Shown here one piece after another: positions 9,912-19,523 of a DNA stretch of 57,034 nt. Under the pieces are notes generated by a model. It saw only the letters and a list, made by a program, of their open reading frames with translations. It did no database searches and was not told the DNA's origin. The DNA comes from Chloroflexi bacterium HGW-Chloroflexi-9 (GTDB taxonomy: Bacteria; Chloroflexota; Dehalococcoidia; UBA2979). Positions within the stretch are counted from its first letter, which is position 1; the number at the start of each line of letters is the position of its first letter. Position numbers and translations under genes: made by a program. The stretch is from contig PHBR01000002.1 in the NCBI GenBank assembly GCA_002840675.1, positions 1 through 57,034 of the forward strand. Direction: 5' to 3'.

Positions 9912-11264
9912 CTAGCGCGTGCCCTGGACCAGCGTCTCGCGGTAACGCTGCCACTCGGCGTCCGGCACGTCGACGGTCCCGCGCGGCACCTCGGACAGGC
10001 GTCCGAAGCCACACCCGTCCGGATGCGCGTCCTGGATCGAGGAGGGTGGGGTCTGCTTCATCCCCTCGATCGAATACACCGGGCCGTCCGCGTGCCAGTG
10101 CTGCGCGTCGCAGCGGTCCGCCCCGGCGCTCCTGAACTGCTCGATCGGGTAGTGCTCGCCGCCGATCACCAGCGCTTCAGCGCGCACATGCCCGGCCGGG
10201 ACGCTGGTGCGCGGTCGCGGCGTGGGGGTTGGGCTCAGCTCCGTGACGCAGTCCACGTAGGCCGCGCGTGGCGAGGTCGGCCGGCCAGAATGGTCCCAGG
10301 TCTTGTACAGGACGTACAGGTTCACTTCCCGCCGAGGGAAGCCGAGCTCCGCGGCCGGCCCCTGCGGGATCGCCTCGACGTTGCGGTGGATGTTCGCGCT
10401 GTAGTCGATGCGTCCCTCCCCGGGGGCGATGCAGGTGAAGTACACGAAGTCCGTGGCGTACGCCGCGGCCGTCACCCTCACCGGCCCTTTCGGTGCCTCG
10501 TCGATCGCCTCCGGCGACAGAATCCCCGCGTCCGCGTCGAAGCGTCCTTGCCCCACCGTCCAGTCGCTCCCGGTGAAGCGGATGAGGTACTCCGCCCAGA
10601 CGTGCGTATCGCCCAGGTCGAGGTGGCCCGTCACCTTCCGCTCGAAGTTCGGGCGGTCCATCGTCGCGTTCACATCGAACTCCGCGCCGACGAGCGCCTC
10701 CTGCCGTGCGGGGAGCGCCTCGACCCGCACGTGGTACTCCGCCGAGGCCTGGAACTGGTAGAACTCGATCCGCACGTCGCTGAAGCCGCGCACGTCCATC
10801 GAGAGCGTCGCGTCGTCGCCCTCGATCGCTACCTCGATGTCGAGCAACTCGATCTCGCCGCGATGCACGTGGAACGCGAGCGCCATGTCGCCGAGCGTCT
10901 CCACCGGCACGGTCACTTCCAGCCGCGCGGGTTCGCCGAACTCCAGCCCGTCCGGGCCCAGTTGCACGAGGAGCGTACGGGAGGGCAGTTCCGCGTCCGG
11001 GTCCAGGTCGGGCGGCGGCGCGGGCATCGCTTCGTCGCGCACCTCCACCACGATGTCGCTCGGCGCGACGCCGTCCGGCAGCCGTGACGGGAGCAGCAGC
11101 CGCGCGCTCCCGTCGGATGAGGCGACCGTCGGCCCTCCTGCGGTCGCCTGCGCAGGCGCCGCGGCCCCGCCGGCCGGGCCTCTGACGTCTCCCCCGCACG
11201 CCACAGCGAACGCGGCGGCGCATGCGACCAGCACGAGCAGCACGACCCTGGTCGAGGTGTTCAT
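9912..11264 (-). CDS. Lipoprotein, unknown function
   Basis: 450-aa ORF with signal peptide plus lipobox (LVACAAAFAVAC); no recognisable catalytic motif. Confidence 0.55.
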   Translation of the reverse strand: MNTSTRVVLLVLVACAAAFAVACGGDVRGPAGGAAAPAQATAGGPTVASSDGSARLLLPSRLPDGVAPSDIVVEVRDEAMPAPPPDLDPDAELPSRTLLVQLGPDGLEFGEPARLEVTVPVETLGDMALAFHVHRGEIELLDIEVAIEGDDATLSMDVRGFSDVRIEFYQFQASAEYHVRVEALPARQEALVGAEFDVNATMDRPNFERKVTGHLDLGDTHVWAEYLIRFTGSDWTVGQGRFDADAGILSPEAIDEAPKGPVRVTAAAYATDFVYFTCIAPGEGRIDYSANIHRNVEAIPQGPAAELGFPRREVNLYVLYKTWDHSGRPTSPRAAYVDCVTELSPTPTPRPRTSVPAGHVRAEALVIGGEHYPIEQFRSAGADRCDAQHWHADGPVYSIEGMKQTPPSSIQDAHPDGCGFGRLSEVPRGTVDVPDAEWQRYRETLVQGTR

Positions 11265-11481
11265 CGCGGTTCCCTTCGGCGCAGGTCAGTGCCGGCGCCA
11301 AGATAGCGCCACGCGAGTGCGCTCGCATGGTGGCGCACGCAAGCGGCCAGAACAGCCGCGTGATGGATTGGCGGATGTGACCTTGGGCCCGCAGTGGGCG
11401 GGACGTCCTGCCTCGAACGCAAGGGACGTGGTGCCTACGCTCAGACGGCGCCACCCGGGGCGCGCAGCGGAGCGTGCCACG

Positions 11482-12762
11482 ATGAAACACACCACCACGA
11501 TCCCCGGCGCACCTCCGACCCTCCGTCACTTCCGCGCTGCGCTCATCGCTCTGGCCGTCGGTACATGGCTCCTCGTGGCCTGTGGCGGCGAGGCGACGCC
11601 GTCCGCGAGCGACGGCGCAACGGCAGGCACGACACCCGCCACGGCACCAGCGGCCACCGCTTCCGCTCCCGCATCCAGCGGCACGACTGACGGCGAGTTC
11701 GGCAGCACGCTGTACGTCGGTGGGGCGTTCCGGAGCACGAGCGCCGGCCGCAACTACGTCGCGCGGTGGGACTCACTCGTCGAGGAGTCGCTCATGCCCG
11801 GCGAATGGAACACGCTCGCCGGTGGACTCACCGGCAATATGACGCTCTCGGCGGTAGCCATGACCCTCGGGCCGGACGGTGACCTGTATGTGGCCGGGGG
11901 CTTCGAGGCCGCCGGCGGCGTGCCCGCGGCGAGCATCGCGCGGTGGGACGGCGAGGGGTGGCATCCGGTCGGCGACGGGCTTCAGGTCGCGCCCGGTTCC
12001 GCCCTCCAGTCGATCGTGTTCGATGGCAGCGGGGCCCTCTGGGCTGGCGGCACCTTCCAGGTCGACCCGGGCGCCCCGAACCCGTGGGGTGGGCTTGCTC
12101 GCTACCTGCATGACGAGGGCTGGACGTACGTGGTCGACGGGCCACTGGCTGGAGTCCACGCGCTCGCCGCAGTCGGCGACCGGCTCTTCGTCGCCGGTGC
12201 CCTCACGATGGATCAGCGTGTGGACGAGAACGCCGTCTGGCAGCGAGACAGCCAGGCATGGACGAACCTCGGCGCGGTGACCCACACGGTCCTGACGGGC
12301 ACTGCAGTGGACGCCATGCTGCTCGACGCCCGCGGCGACCTGGTCATCGGCGGTACGTTCACGCACGTGGACGGGGTCGAGGTGAACGGCCTCGCGCGGT
12401 GGGACGGGAACAACTGGACGGCAGTGGGCAACGGGGTCCACGGCTTCGTCACCACGCTCGCTCTCGACGCTGCCGGCAATCTCATCGTCGGTGGCGGGTT
12501 CAACGAGGTGGGTGGGCCGCTCCCGGTCGGTGACGTCACACGCGTCGAGGCGCGCAACATCGCCCGGTGGGATGGCGACTCATGGTCAGCCCTCGGTGAA
12601 GGCGTGCGCGGCGTGGTGGCGAGCGTGGCGGTCGACAACGCCGGGCAGATCTACGCGGGTGCCGACATCACCACCGTCGCCGTCTGGGACGGCAGCGCCT
12701 GGGGCGACCTGCCCTCGCTGGCGAGCGGAGGCTCCGTGCGCGTGGTGTTCGTCGCGCCCTAA
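11482..12762 (+). CDS. Lipoprotein with about seven beta-propeller-like repeats
   Basis: Internal ATG at 11482 (MKHTTTIPG...) in the 10837..12762 frame. Lipobox LLVAC. Repeated [IL]ARWDGxxWxx[LV]GxG blocks, about 7 copies. Confidence 0.6.
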   Translation: MKHTTTIPGAPPTLRHFRAALIALAVGTWLLVACGGEATPSASDGATAGTTPATAPAATASAPASSGTTDGEFGSTLYVGGAFRSTSAGRNYVARWDSLVEESLMPGEWNTLAGGLTGNMTLSAVAMTLGPDGDLYVAGGFEAAGGVPAASIARWDGEGWHPVGDGLQVAPGSALQSIVFDGSGALWAGGTFQVDPGAPNPWGGLARYLHDEGWTYVVDGPLAGVHALAAVGDRLFVAGALTMDQRVDENAVWQRDSQAWTNLGAVTHTVLTGTAVDAMLLDARGDLVIGGTFTHVDGVEVNGLARWDGNNWTAVGNGVHGFVTTLALDAAGNLIVGGGFNEVGGPLPVGDVTRVEARNIARWDGDSWSALGEGVRGVVASVAVDNAGQIYAGADITTVAVWDGSAWGDLPSLASGGSVRVVFVAP

Positions 12763-13061
12763 AGCCGCGTGCACCGTGCCGAACGCACACGCTCGATGGG
12801 AGGGTTCGCGCTCACCTCGAGCGTGTGCCCGCTGCCCCCACCTTCCCCATCGATGCGCTGCTCCAGGAGTTGGGGGGCGTGCGCATCGCCTCGAAGCAGC
12901 AGGCGCGGCGTGATCATGGATGCTCAGCCGCGGGCGCAGGACGCCCTCGACGAGATCACCCTGGGACGAGCGCCGCGCCCTTCGGAGGATCAACCGGGCC
13001 AACTTTGGGGACAAGGCGGGTCACGCCGGGACGGTGACGGGCTACCGGCCGGCCTGTGCGC

Positions 13062-13508
13062 CTACTGCGAAGCGGTGTCGGGTGGCAGCGCCTCGTCGAT
13101 CACATGACGCCGGATCGCCCGTGCGAGCAACGGGTCGTATGCGGCAAACGCGGCGCGTTCCGCTTCGTCCATGCGCTCGTAGTCGGCCGGCGCCAGGTAG
13201 TGGATCTCGCCGTCGGAGAGGCGTCGGAGCGCGACGACCTCGCCCCGTTCGACCCGCTCGATGAATCCGTCCTCCGTGGTCTCATGTCGGGTTTCCCGCC
13301 GCTCGGCCGTCAACTCCTCCGGCACGAACGCCAGCTCGGGAGGCTCGTGCTCGCGCCACTCAGTCATGGCGCGATAGAGGATCCGATCGAGGTCAGCGTC
13401 GGAAGGCAACGCCGCGCGCGCGGCACGCAGGTACTCCTGCCAGCGCTCATGGATCGTCCGGGCCTGTTCAGTTCGGGCCTGCTCACTGGTCATCGCGTGT
13501 TCCCTCAC
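13062..13508 (-). CDS. hypothetical acidic protein
   Basis: 148-aa ORF with Glu/Arg-rich, coding-like composition; no family assigned. Confidence 0.45.
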   Translation of the reverse strand: MREHAMTSEQARTEQARTIHERWQEYLRAARAALPSDADLDRILYRAMTEWREHEPPELAFVPEELTAERRETRHETTEDGFIERVERGEVVALRRLSDGEIHYLAPADYERMDEAERAAFAAYDPLLARAIRRHVIDEALPPDTASQ

Positions 13509-13968
13509 CTCGGTCCGGCGTGGCGCGGCCTGTCAACACGGACAACGATCGCCCACCGGTACCACCCCCACGCTACAGGTGTAGGCAACCCGGGCACCGG
13601 TCGGAGGCCCACGTCTCAGGGGGACTTCCGTCACCCCATCCGGCGGAGGAGCGGGGCGCCGAGGCTCCGCTGAGCCGTCCACGTCCGTTTGCTGGCGTCA
13701 CCCCCCGTCGCTGCCGCGACCCCCGCCGAGGAGTCGCGCGGTCGTCCGGTTCCCCGCCGCCGCACCCCGGGGGCCGCCCCCGACTACTTCGTCCAGGCGG
13801 GCCAGCTCCTGCCGGCGGAAGGGGACCGCCCGCTCGCGATCCGCATGCTCCCGCTGGTGAGAAGAGTGCATTGGGTAGTGCCGGCACGCGTACCAGCCTG
13901 TTTTCTGCGCATACTGCGGGGTGGTGCGGACTCCGATGGTCCATCTGTCTGGGAGGTGGTGCTGACCG

Positions 13969-14526
13969 ATGCGGACTCACTCCGGTGAGGTCTGGGCGAT
14001 GCTCACGCTGTGTGATGAGGATCGAGAGCGCCTAGCCGAGTTCTTCTCGGCACGGTTCGGTATAGGTCGCCGGAAGTTAGTGGGGAACACCCATCTGACT
14101 GTTTATCACGCACGACGAGCGATGCCCGGAGTGGTGAACTACTCAGAACCCGCGAGCATCCGTATTCCCGCAGCGGAAACGCGGTTCATGGTGATGGCTC
14201 CCGGCGGCGAGAATCCCCGGCCCAACCTCGAACCTGCCCAGCGCAAGGTTGGCGTGCGGATCCAGAGGCAGAGCACTGTCCGATCCTCCATACTCGCTTA
14301 CCGAGAGCGTCTGCTCCGGTATGAGACCACGTCAGTCCTCGGGGGACGCCAGCCGAGCACGCTGCGGACGAGCGCCTTTGGTGCTAGAAGTTATCAGCCG
14401 CACCTCGTATTCCTGCGTGCCGGAAGCGGAGTGCCCCGTGACCTAACTCAGGTCGGCCAGGCCTTCCGATCCGAATTCGACTCGATTTTGTTAGACCGCT
14501 TCACGATTCGAGTGCGCGAGTTGTAG
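13969..14526 (+). CDS. hypothetical protein, weakly 2H-phosphoesterase-like
   Basis: 185-aa ORF in a visibly lower-GC stretch. Contains HLTV (a HxTx motif) and a second, degenerate HLVF. Alternative start at 13999. Confidence 0.4.
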   Translation: MRTHSGEVWAMLTLCDEDRERLAEFFSARFGIGRRKLVGNTHLTVYHARRAMPGVVNYSEPASIRIPAAETRFMVMAPGGENPRPNLEPAQRKVGVRIQRQSTVRSSILAYRERLLRYETTSVLGGRQPSTLRTSAFGARSYQPHLVFLRAGSGVPRDLTQVGQAFRSEFDSILLDRFTIRVREL

Positions 14527-14561
14527 CCCCTCTGACCATCCGAGCCCTGCTCAACTCCGCG

Positions 14562-14933
14562 CTAGCCAAGGCTATCCGTGCCTGTGAAGCGGAGAAGGCT
14601 CCAGAGGCTCTCCGCTTCCTCTCTGACCAGTGCCGTGTGGTGAACTCGATTGGTCGAATCGAGACACCGCAGTGTGAACGAGTACTGCCCGCCGTCAAGG
14701 GCGGTCTGAAGACTGACATTGAGGCTGTCGAGTGATTGGTAACAGGTCATTTCGACGATCACCTGCTCGCCCATCGGCTCGAATCTAGTCACGGTTGCGA
14801 TGATTCGCCGCGCCAGTCGGTTGAGTCTTCCGTCGAGGTCTGACTCACGGAGCCCTTGAAGGGGCATCTGCTGTGGCGTCCGAGCACGGCGTAGTGGCGG
14901 CAGTGTGATGATCATCCGGTATTCACGAATCAT
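14562..14933 (-). CDS. hypothetical protein
   Basis: Start moved to MIREYRMIITLPP (14933), which has GGAGG 7 nt upstream. Lower-GC region, convergent with 13969..14526. Confidence 0.4.
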   Translation of the reverse strand: MIREYRMIITLPPLRRARTPQQMPLQGLRESDLDGRLNRLARRIIATVTRFEPMGEQVIVEMTCYQSLDSLNVSLQTALDGGQYSFTLRCLDSTNRVHHTALVREEAESLWSLLRFTGTDSLG

Positions 14934-15130
14934 CCCCAGCCTCCGAGGAGGATCGTGGATGGGAACGGCATGAGTACGTTGAACGGTCGCGAGACGCACC
15001 GCTGCTGAGGGACGACTATCTCGATTGGGCGCACGGCGCCCACTCCTTTCTGGTCCTGCCTGCGGCTGATTTCGCGGTCGGCGCAGGCAGGACCACTTCA
15101 ATCTATGAAGTCATTCGTGCCCCGGTTCAC

Positions 15131-15166
15131 AAATGGAAGGGGCGGCCTCGGCCGCCCCTTCCATTT
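15131..15166 (-). terminator. Strong GC-rich hairpin, probably the ancestral terminator of the ribonucleotide reductase gene
   Basis: aaatggaaggggcggcc-tc-ggccgccccttccattt forms perfect 17-nt inverted arms with a tiny loop. It lies ~33 nt downstream (minus strand) of the orphan stop at 15200-15202. Confidence 0.6.
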
Positions 15167-15196
15167 GCCCGTCGGCGTGTTGTCCGTCCGTATCCA

Positions 15197-15235
15197 TTCC
15201 TAGCTACACCCGCTCGTCGCACCGCAGTTCATGCA
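15197..15235. repeat. Left copy of a 39-bp direct repeat (att-like); orphan last 11 codons plus stop of the RNR gene
   Basis: ttcctagctacacccgctcgtcgcaccgcagttcatgca matches 56744-56782 at 36/39 positions. The minus strand reads CMNCGATSGCS-stop and is preceded by an in-frame TGA. Confidence 0.75.
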
Positions 15236-15439
15236 TCACGAGAGGGGCGTTCAGGGGCGTCAACCGACGCCATTTCAGATTCAGCGAGCCTCGCGAACCT
15301 CCACGATCGGTCATGGCCGTTCATGGAAGTGGCCTCCTAGTGGCCTCCTGCTCGGGGGTGAAGTCGCATTGGGATCTGGACGTGCGCCGAGGGCGTTCAC
15401 AGACGTTCGTTGTCGTCCACTACCGTCCATGATCATCCA

Positions 15440-15628
15440 TTATTGGCCAGGGACGGTCATGTCCTGACCGCCCCAGGTACGCATCGACACGCCGGTGTTG
15501 AAGGAAACAGTGCGAGCAACTGGATCGGAGTGCTGGATGCTGTACCCGAGTTCACTAACCGCCGCGACTGCCGCCCGGTACGCGCGTTCAGGAGTCGCTT
15601 CGACAGCAACCTCTCTCGTGTCCGCCAT
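15440..15628 (-). CDS. Short ORF, possibly a truncated gene
   Basis: 62-aa ORF (MADTREVAVEATPERAYRAAVAAVSELGY...). It ends abruptly and no family is assigned. Confidence 0.25.
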   Translation of the reverse strand: MADTREVAVEATPERAYRAAVAAVSELGYSIQHSDPVARTVSFNTGVSMRTWGGQDMTVPGQ

Positions 15629-15800
15629 CTGGTGCGCCCTAACGATGCCCTAGTGCCGCTGATTCTCACGCATGCCGTCAAGGGACGGCAGCATCGTCAG
15701 TCATGGCCTGGTATTTGCATCGTTGGGCAGGGCTGACGGTCGTCACTCAGATCGGGTTCTGCTGTTGTTTCGTGATGGGTCGAAAAGGTAGGGGCACCCC

Positions 15801-15829
15801 TGCTGCTCTATCCCCTGAGCTACAAGGGC
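15801..15829 (-). other. tRNA 5'-half-like fragment (acceptor 5' strand plus D-arm only)
   Basis: The minus strand reads GCCCTTG-TA-GCTC-AGGGGATA-GAGC-A. No pairing anticodon arm, T-arm or 3' acceptor strand follows. Confidence 0.3.
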
Positions 15830-15968
15830 GTACCCCCGGTCTACCCAACCGGCGCGTGGGGGCGATCAGACGCTCGCCATCGCGTGTCTGCGTGAGCGGC
15901 AAGCGGGGCCGGATCGGGCGGAGCCGACGCCAGCACCAGAGGTGCGCCGAGAGCGGGACAGTGGGGCC

Positions 15969-17282
15969 CTACAGGTAACCGAGCTGGCGCCCGGCGGCGG
16001 TGAGTTCGTCGCGGAAGCGCGGATGTGCGAGCCCGATGATCGCTCGTGCCCGTTCACTGACGGAAGCGCCCTTGAGGCAGGCCGTGCCGTACTCGGAGAC
16101 GAGCCAGTGGACTTCGGTACGCGGCGTTGTCACTACGGCGCCGGGTGTCAGTCTCGACACCACCCGGGACACCGCCCCGCCCCGGGCCGTGGAGTAGAAG
16201 GCGAGGATGGATCTCCCGCCACGGGAGTCGAACGCGCCCCTGGCGTAGTCCATCTGGCCACCCGTCCCACTGAATTGGGCGGTCCCGAGTGACTCCGAGC
16301 AGCACTGTCCGGTCAGGTCTACTTCCAGGGTGGAGTTCACGGAGACCAGTCCGTCGTTTCGCGCGATGTTCGGGGGGAAGTTGACGTATGACACCGGGTG
16401 CGCCTCCACGGCGAGGTTGTCGTCGAGGAAGTCATACATCCGCCGGGTCCCTGCTGCGAATGTGAACACTGCCCGGCCGGGATGGAACGTCTTCCGTGAA
16501 CCATCTGCGACCCCACTGACGATGAGATCGACCATCGACTCGACAAACATCTCGGTGTGGATGCCGAGATGACGATGTCCGGCGAGATTCGCGGCCACCG
16601 CGTTGGGCATTCCGCCGATCCCGAGTTGCACGCACGCACCGTCCGGGATCATGTCAGCGATCGTGCTACCGATGATTGAGTCTTCTTCGCGTGGGGCCGG
16701 GGAGAGCAATTCCGGCAGGGGCGTGTCCGCTTCCACGACCACGTCAACGTCGTTGAGGTGTACCCAGCCGCTTCCGTGGACGCGTGGCATATGGGTGTTC
16801 ACCTGTGCGACGACGTAGCGTGCCGACTCGATCGCCGCCGGCGCGATGTCGACGCTCACTCCGAGGCTCATGTAGCCGTTGTGGTCGGGAGGGGAGACGC
16901 TGACCAGAGCCACGTCTACATCCATGAACTCGCGGATGAGCCTGGGGATCTGATGGAAGTAGGCCGGCGTGAACGTCGCCTCACCCGCCTGGATGAGTGG
17001 GCGGTCGACAGCACTCGCAAACATGGATTCCCACCTGAGCGCGCCGCGGATCTCGGGCGCGAGGATCGTGCGCGCCATGCCTGCCATCGGGATGAGCGAG
17101 GTGGCACGGGTGCTCTGGAGGCCACCGGATCGGATGCGCTCGGCGAGCGCCTCCAGCAGCGCGGTTGGCTCGCCCGCGGCCATGCTCACGACGATGCGGG
17201 CACCGTGAGGGATCGACGCGATGGCGTCATGGGCGGAGCGTCGCTTCTGCTCGTAGTTGCTCCGCTGCCCGCCAGTCTCCAT
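15969..17282 (-). CDS. Acetyl-CoA hydrolase/transferase family protein (4-hydroxybutyrate/succinyl-CoA:acetate CoA-transferase-like)
   Basis: 446-aa ORF, start probably METGGQ (17282). Blocks GIGGMPNAV, LGIHTEMF, VNSTLEVDLTGQ and SGTGGQMDY are typical of the family. Confidence 0.8.
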   Translation of the reverse strand: METGGQRSNYEQKRRSAHDAIASIPHGARIVVSMAAGEPTALLEALAERIRSGGLQSTRATSLIPMAGMARTILAPEIRGALRWESMFASAVDRPLIQAGEATFTPAYFHQIPRLIREFMDVDVALVSVSPPDHNGYMSLGVSVDIAPAAIESARYVVAQVNTHMPRVHGSGWVHLNDVDVVVEADTPLPELLSPAPREEDSIIGSTIADMIPDGACVQLGIGGMPNAVAANLAGHRHLGIHTEMFVESMVDLIVSGVADGSRKTFHPGRAVFTFAAGTRRMYDFLDDNLAVEAHPVSYVNFPPNIARNDGLVSVNSTLEVDLTGQCCSESLGTAQFSGTGGQMDYARGAFDSRGGRSILAFYSTARGGAVSRVVSRLTPGAVVTTPRTEVHWLVSEYGTACLKGASVSERARAIIGLAHPRFRDELTAAGRQLGYL

Positions 17283-17321
17283 GGAGAGTCGCCCCTGCTC
17301 TCGGCGCACGAAGTCGATGAC

Positions 17322-18161
17322 TCAACCGTTCTGGGTTGTAAGCGGCGTGTCGTCCCGGTTCGCCCATTCGGCCATGGAGCCGTCGTATGCCCGCGCGGCG
17401 TCGTTGCCGAGGAGGCGCAGCACTAAGGCCGCGAACGAGGCACGGATCCCTGACTGGCAGTACGTGATCGTGGCAGCGACAGGGTCGATCCCCGCCTCTG
17501 AGAGGATGCTCCGCACCTCTGTAAGCGGCCGGAACCGGCGGTAAGGCGGTCCTTCCATAACGCGGATCCACTCGACGTGCCTCGCTCCCGGGACATGGCC
17601 GCCGCGCCGGTTCTCGCGCAACTCGGTGCCGTTCCACTCGCCACTGGAACGCGCATCCCAGATCTGGGCGCCGCTGTGCAGGGCAGCCTGGAGGTCATCC
17701 AGAGAGCACCGCTCGTGAGCGCGCTCCCGAGGCTCAAACGTGCCTTCGTGGCGACGTGGAGGGGCCGAGGTGAGTGGTCGGCCCTCCTCGAGCCAGGTGT
17801 TGAAGCCGCCATCGACCACGCGCACGTGGTCGTGGCCGTAGAGGTGCAACGCCCACCACACTCGTGCAGCGTGGAGCGAGGCGTTGTCGTCATAGACGAT
17901 GACTTCGCTATCCGCCGAGATGCCCAGCCGGCGCGCGAGCGCAGCGAACTCGTCCGGCGGCATCACGAACAGGTCATCGGCCTGTCCTTTGAGGTACGGG
18001 TGAGAAGGCGCCGCCGCACCCCGGATATGTGCGCGCCGGTAGGCGACCGCCTCACCCGCGTCAACGAGCACCAGATCGGGATCATCGAGATGGTCCGCCA
18101 GCCACTGCGTCGTCACGAGCAGGGGGTGCTGGGCAGTCGGATCGGCTGACTGGAGCGACAT
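17322..18161 (-). CDS. Thiosulfate/3-mercaptopyruvate sulfurtransferase (tandem rhodanese domains)
   Basis: 279 aa, two-domain layout, active-site loop CQSGIRAS in the C-terminal domain. AAGGAAG RBS upstream of the start. Confidence 0.85.
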   Translation of the reverse strand: MSLQSADPTAQHPLLVTTQWLADHLDDPDLVLVDAGEAVAYRRAHIRGAAAPSHPYLKGQADDLFVMPPDEFAALARRLGISADSEVIVYDDNASLHAARVWWALHLYGHDHVRVVDGGFNTWLEEGRPLTSAPPRRHEGTFEPRERAHERCSLDDLQAALHSGAQIWDARSSGEWNGTELRENRRGGHVPGARHVEWIRVMEGPPYRRFRPLTEVRSILSEAGIDPVAATITYCQSGIRASFAALVLRLLGNDAARAYDGSMAEWANRDDTPLTTQNG

Positions 18162-18195
18162 GGGGCTTCCTTCTTACGCGGCCCAGGGGCTGCAC

Positions 18196-18226
18196 GGTGT
18201 CGCGGTACGGGAAGCACCGCGACACC
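18196..18226. promoter_or_regulatory. Perfect 11-bp inverted repeat upstream of the rhodanese gene
   Basis: ggtgtcgcggt-acgggaagc-accgcgacacc, 35-65 nt upstream of the start codon at 18161. Confidence 0.3.
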
Positions 18227-18648
18227 GGGCGGCCACATGATACGCACCTGTCGAGCCGCCCTGCTGCCGGTAGCTCGGGATGCCTGTCACCCGTCCTCGC
18301 AACGCCGATGGGGGCCAACCTGCTGCCGTCGTCCCGTGAGCGCACCCCGGCTGCCAGCACCCACTGCCCGTGTCGGGAGCATCCCAGTACGCGAGGACTG
18401 CTTCGGCCTTCTTGTCTTCGAGCGCCGTCGACGTCTTGGGCGGTTGCGCGCCCCGACCCCGGCAAGCTGACTGATGAAGCCCGCTACAAGCGGCACGGAA
18501 GCTGCACACGAGCCGGATGACGTCCCGGAGGTTCCGGACCTGGTTCAGGTCGCCCACGACCAGGTAGTCGCGCGCGCATGTCCAAGCTCGTTTCAAGGGC
18601 CGCTCGCTTGGAATCTTCGCTGTTTCCCGGACAGTACGTGTGAGGCGA

Positions 18649-19523
18649 TCATGATGCCGCATCGGACGAGGGAGCGTGTGCTCGCTCGTAGTCGACGGGG
18701 CTCAGATCGCTGATCGAGGTGTGGCGGCGGTGGGGGTCGTACCAGGCTTCGATCCACTCGAAGATCGCAGCCGCCAACTCTGCCCGACTCGCCCAGTAGC
18801 GGCGACGGTTGAGCAGCTCCTGCTGCATGGTCGCCCAGAACGACTCCATCATCGAGTTGTCGACGGCGGAGGCGACCCGCCCCATCGACCCGAGCAGCCC
18901 CGCCGCGCGCAGCCTCTGGCCGAACGCCCAGGCCGTATATTGCGTGCCGCGATCGCTGTGCACGATCGTGCTCCGCGGGTGGCGTTGCCAGCGGGCCATC
19001 TCGAGCGCATCGACCACGAGCTCGGTGCGCAGGTGGTCGGCGATCGACCAGCCGACGATGCGTCGCGAGAACACGTCCAACACGGCGGCGCAGTAGACCT
19101 TGCCATCCCCGGTCGGGTGCTCCGTGATGTCGGTGAGCCAGAGTCGGTTCGGGGCATCAGCGACGAGCCGGCGGCGCACGAGGTCGTCGTGGACGGCGGG
19201 GGTGGGTGCCGGCGCTCTCCACGGCGTCGATAGATGCCGTGGATCTGGGCCACGCGCATCAGCCGGGCGATGCGGTGGCGGCCGCAGCGGATGCCCCGCC
19301 CGAGGCGGAGTTCCTTGTGCATCCGCGGCGCACCGTAGCTCTCCCGCGACATCGCGTGGATCTCGACGATCTGCGCGGTGAGTGTGGCGTTCGCCACGGA
19401 TCGTGCTGACGGCGCTCGGCCCCGCCATTCGTAGTACCCGGATGCTGAAACCTGAAGCACCCGGCAGGCCACCGCCACAGGCGTCCCCTGGGCGGCGAGT
19501 TCCTGGGCGAGCCGGAAGCTCAT
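18649..19523 (-). pseudogene. IS3-family transposase orfB (DDE/rve integrase core), frameshifted
   Basis: The N-terminal part (MSFRLAQELAAQG...IHGIYRRRGERR) is in the 18849..20000 frame. The remainder (PAVHDDLVRRRLVADAPNRLWLTDITEH...HSDRGTQY...DNSMMESFW) is in the 18649..19428 frame. Alignment with copy B indicates a 1-nt deletion near 19195-19215. Confidence 0.75.

Noticed and set aside
7955-11529. Very long ORFs 7955..10135 (+), 9444..11087 (+) and 10177..11529 (-)
   Set aside because: These are Arg/Gly/Pro-rich shadow frames overlapping the SH3b, M14 and lipoprotein genes, which have signal peptides and real motifs.
15750-15840. A complete tRNA gene
   Set aside because: Only the acceptor-5' strand and D-arm can be drawn. 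The following sequence (GCAGGGGTGCCCCTACC...) cannot form an anticodon arm, and there is no T-arm or 3' acceptor strand.
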